DNA of 63,923 bases, filler included, from Phoronis australis (taxonomy: Eukaryota; Animalia; Phoronida), in NCBI GenBank assembly GCA_002633005.1. It is 11 parts of 11 records of this genome, joined end to end, with 100 filler letters (N's around TTAATTAATTAA, not from the genome) between each part and the next. Parts side by side here need not be neighbours in the genome. Positions count along the whole stretch, not along the records: positions 62,487 to 63,923 come from NMRA01001654.1; 10 more parts are not named here. One strand, given 5' to 3'. Under the pieces are notes generated by a model. It had not been told where the DNA came from. It worked only from the letters and a program-made list of their open reading frames with translations, and did no database searches. Both the position numbers and the translations under genes were made by a program. Positions 63,040 to 63,923 of this stretch are shown here, piece by piece (within the stretch, counting starts at the first letter, position 1; every line of letters starts with the position of its first letter).

Positions 63040-63860
63040 CAAACAAGAGCAACGCGGAGCGTCGAAATGCGCCCACAAATGCATCGCAAATGGTGTGCTC
63101 TTAGGGTTATTTATTTGTATCATAAAAATGGCCACTAGATGGCGCAAAAACGTAAACTCCATCCAAGGATCATGCCATATTTCATAAAATCTGTCAAGGA
63201 ACTTCAGGGAAACAAAGGAAAACAGAACAAAATGAAATTGCCACTTGTGGGCACAGCGTCCAATAGATCCGCCTGACAGTCATCGTCTGTTATCTTCACA
63301 TAAATTCACTTACTAAATATAATAAAGATCGTGCAGTGGGTTTTGGAGATACAGTTATGGGCGAAAACTAAAACAAAACTACCACTAGGAGGCGCCACAG
63401 TAGTCAGTCGTCATCATCAAACTTCCTCTTCACACTGAAAACATATCGGCCAATTTTCAAAACCATCCCCAGAATGATTTGGTTGATCGAGGGGTGAACG
63501 ACAAAAACAAGATTTGAAAACAACAAAAATGGCCACCAGATGGCGCAAAATAACTCAATTCCATACAAAAACATGATGATAGCGTCATCTCACCAATAGA
63601 TGCCTATATTCGAAATTTTATGAAAATCTGTTGAGGACCTTTGAAAATACAGACTGGTAAACATAAGAACTAAAATTGCCACTAGGGGGTACACCAAAAG
63701 TTAGATCTGTCCGAAAGTCGTCGTCGTCCGTTGTCAACATCATATAAATACACTTGCTAAATTACGTAAAGATCCTGCAAACGGTTTAGGAGATACAGCG
63801 ATGAGCGCAAGAAAAAACAAAACTGCCACTAGGAGGTGCCACAGTAGTCGAACTCGTCGG
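63040..63860. repeat. Diverged tandem array of 110-150 bp units with ABC-ABC higher-order structure (possibly the core of a Helitron/Helentron-type non-autonomous element)
   Basis: Motif RCCACYAG-like at 63131, 63240, 63381, 63532, 63678 and 63825; units 1/4, 2/5 and 3/6 are most alike. Confidence 0.75.
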
Positions 63861-63923
63861 AAAACCATTGTCAGCCATCCATTTCATATTAGAAACCATA
63901 GGCGGATTTAGGGGGGAGGCAGG

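Overview
AT-rich, intron-rich animal genomic DNA; an invertebrate metazoan draft assembly is my inference, and the species cannot be determined from the sequence. Ten identical artificial spacers (N44-TTAATTAATTAA-N44) show the window is a concatenation of about 11 separate pieces, so adjacency across spacers is not biological evidence. Supported genes: (1) a near-complete spliced macoilin gene (MACO1/TMEM57) on the minus strand, 10 in-phase GT-AG exons at 5470-19200, lacking the canonical first exon; (2) seven in-phase exons of a TEP1/NPHP3/TTC41-like NACHT (STAND NTPase) gene on the plus strand, 35788-42003; (3) two exons of cytosolic leucyl-tRNA synthetase, 45942-47605. The rest is mostly non-autonomous DNA transposons with visible TIRs/TSDs, a decayed intron-containing hAT transposase, a tRNA-like sequence and minisatellites. 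I see no demonstrably new multi-gene system. The best leads are regulatory: a 40-bp tandem repeat that quadruplicates a LARS splice donor behind an in-frame stop, a higher-order repeat with six co-oriented CTCF-like motifs, a candidate non-canonical first exon and a duplicated exon fragment in macoilin, and a near-perfect 40-bp hairpin inside a dispersed repeat.
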